A stretch of DNA of 36,147 nucleotides from Sulfurimonas sp. (GTDB lineage Bacteria; Campylobacterota; Campylobacteria; Campylobacterales; Sulfurimonadaceae): the NCBI GenBank assembly GCA_027858865.1, contig JAQIBW010000333.1, positions 1 through 36,147 of the forward strand, written 5' to 3'. Under the pieces are notes generated by a model that made no database searches, was not told the origin of the DNA, and was given only the letters and a program-made list of their open reading frames with translations. The translations under genes and the position numbers were made by a program. Below, one piece after another: positions 36,147 to 36,147 of the stretch. Each line of letters begins with the position of its first letter. Position 1 is the first letter of the stretch.

Positions 36147-36147
36147 T

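Noticed and set aside
1-36147. CRISPR arrays, tRNA/rRNA genes, IS elements, integrases or phage genes
   Set aside because: None recognisable; intergenic gaps are short and no regular repeat-spacer pattern was seen

Overview
AT-rich bacterial DNA. The gene content (SqrF-type sulfide:quinone oxidoreductase, CetB/CetA-like energy-taxis pair, gnTAnaAT-style promoters) suggests a Sulfurimonas-like member of Campylobacterota; this is inference, not a database result. Positions 1-9044 hold housekeeping and accessory genes: a partial Sel1-repeat protein, DAACS symporter, Cys-rich small protein, DMT transporter, sqrF, PAS + MCP-CZB chemoreceptor pair, a possible structured sRNA, a CNNM protein and mgtE. 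Positions ~9215-36014 are one ~27 kb type II fatty-acid/polyketide biosynthetic cluster. It joins an aryl polyene (APE) module (KS/CLF, ACPs, adenylating ligase, two hotdog dehydratases, FabG, FabF-like KS, ammonia-lyase, methyltransferase, lipoprotein, LolA-like, MMPL, GT2, acyltransferase) to a dialkylresorcinol (DAR) module (darA, darB, BtrH-like, ABC exporter, ACP, KS/CLF), so a flexirubin-like APE-DAR ester is the predicted product. The tailoring set is unusual: a flavin-dependent halogenase-like enzyme, two CrtI/RetSat-like oxidoreductases and a cobalamin-dependent radical SAM enzyme. The last ACP appears broken at ~35952 by a junction to an unrelated, stop-interrupted minus-strand reading frame. 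I saw no rRNA, tRNA, CRISPR array or transposase.
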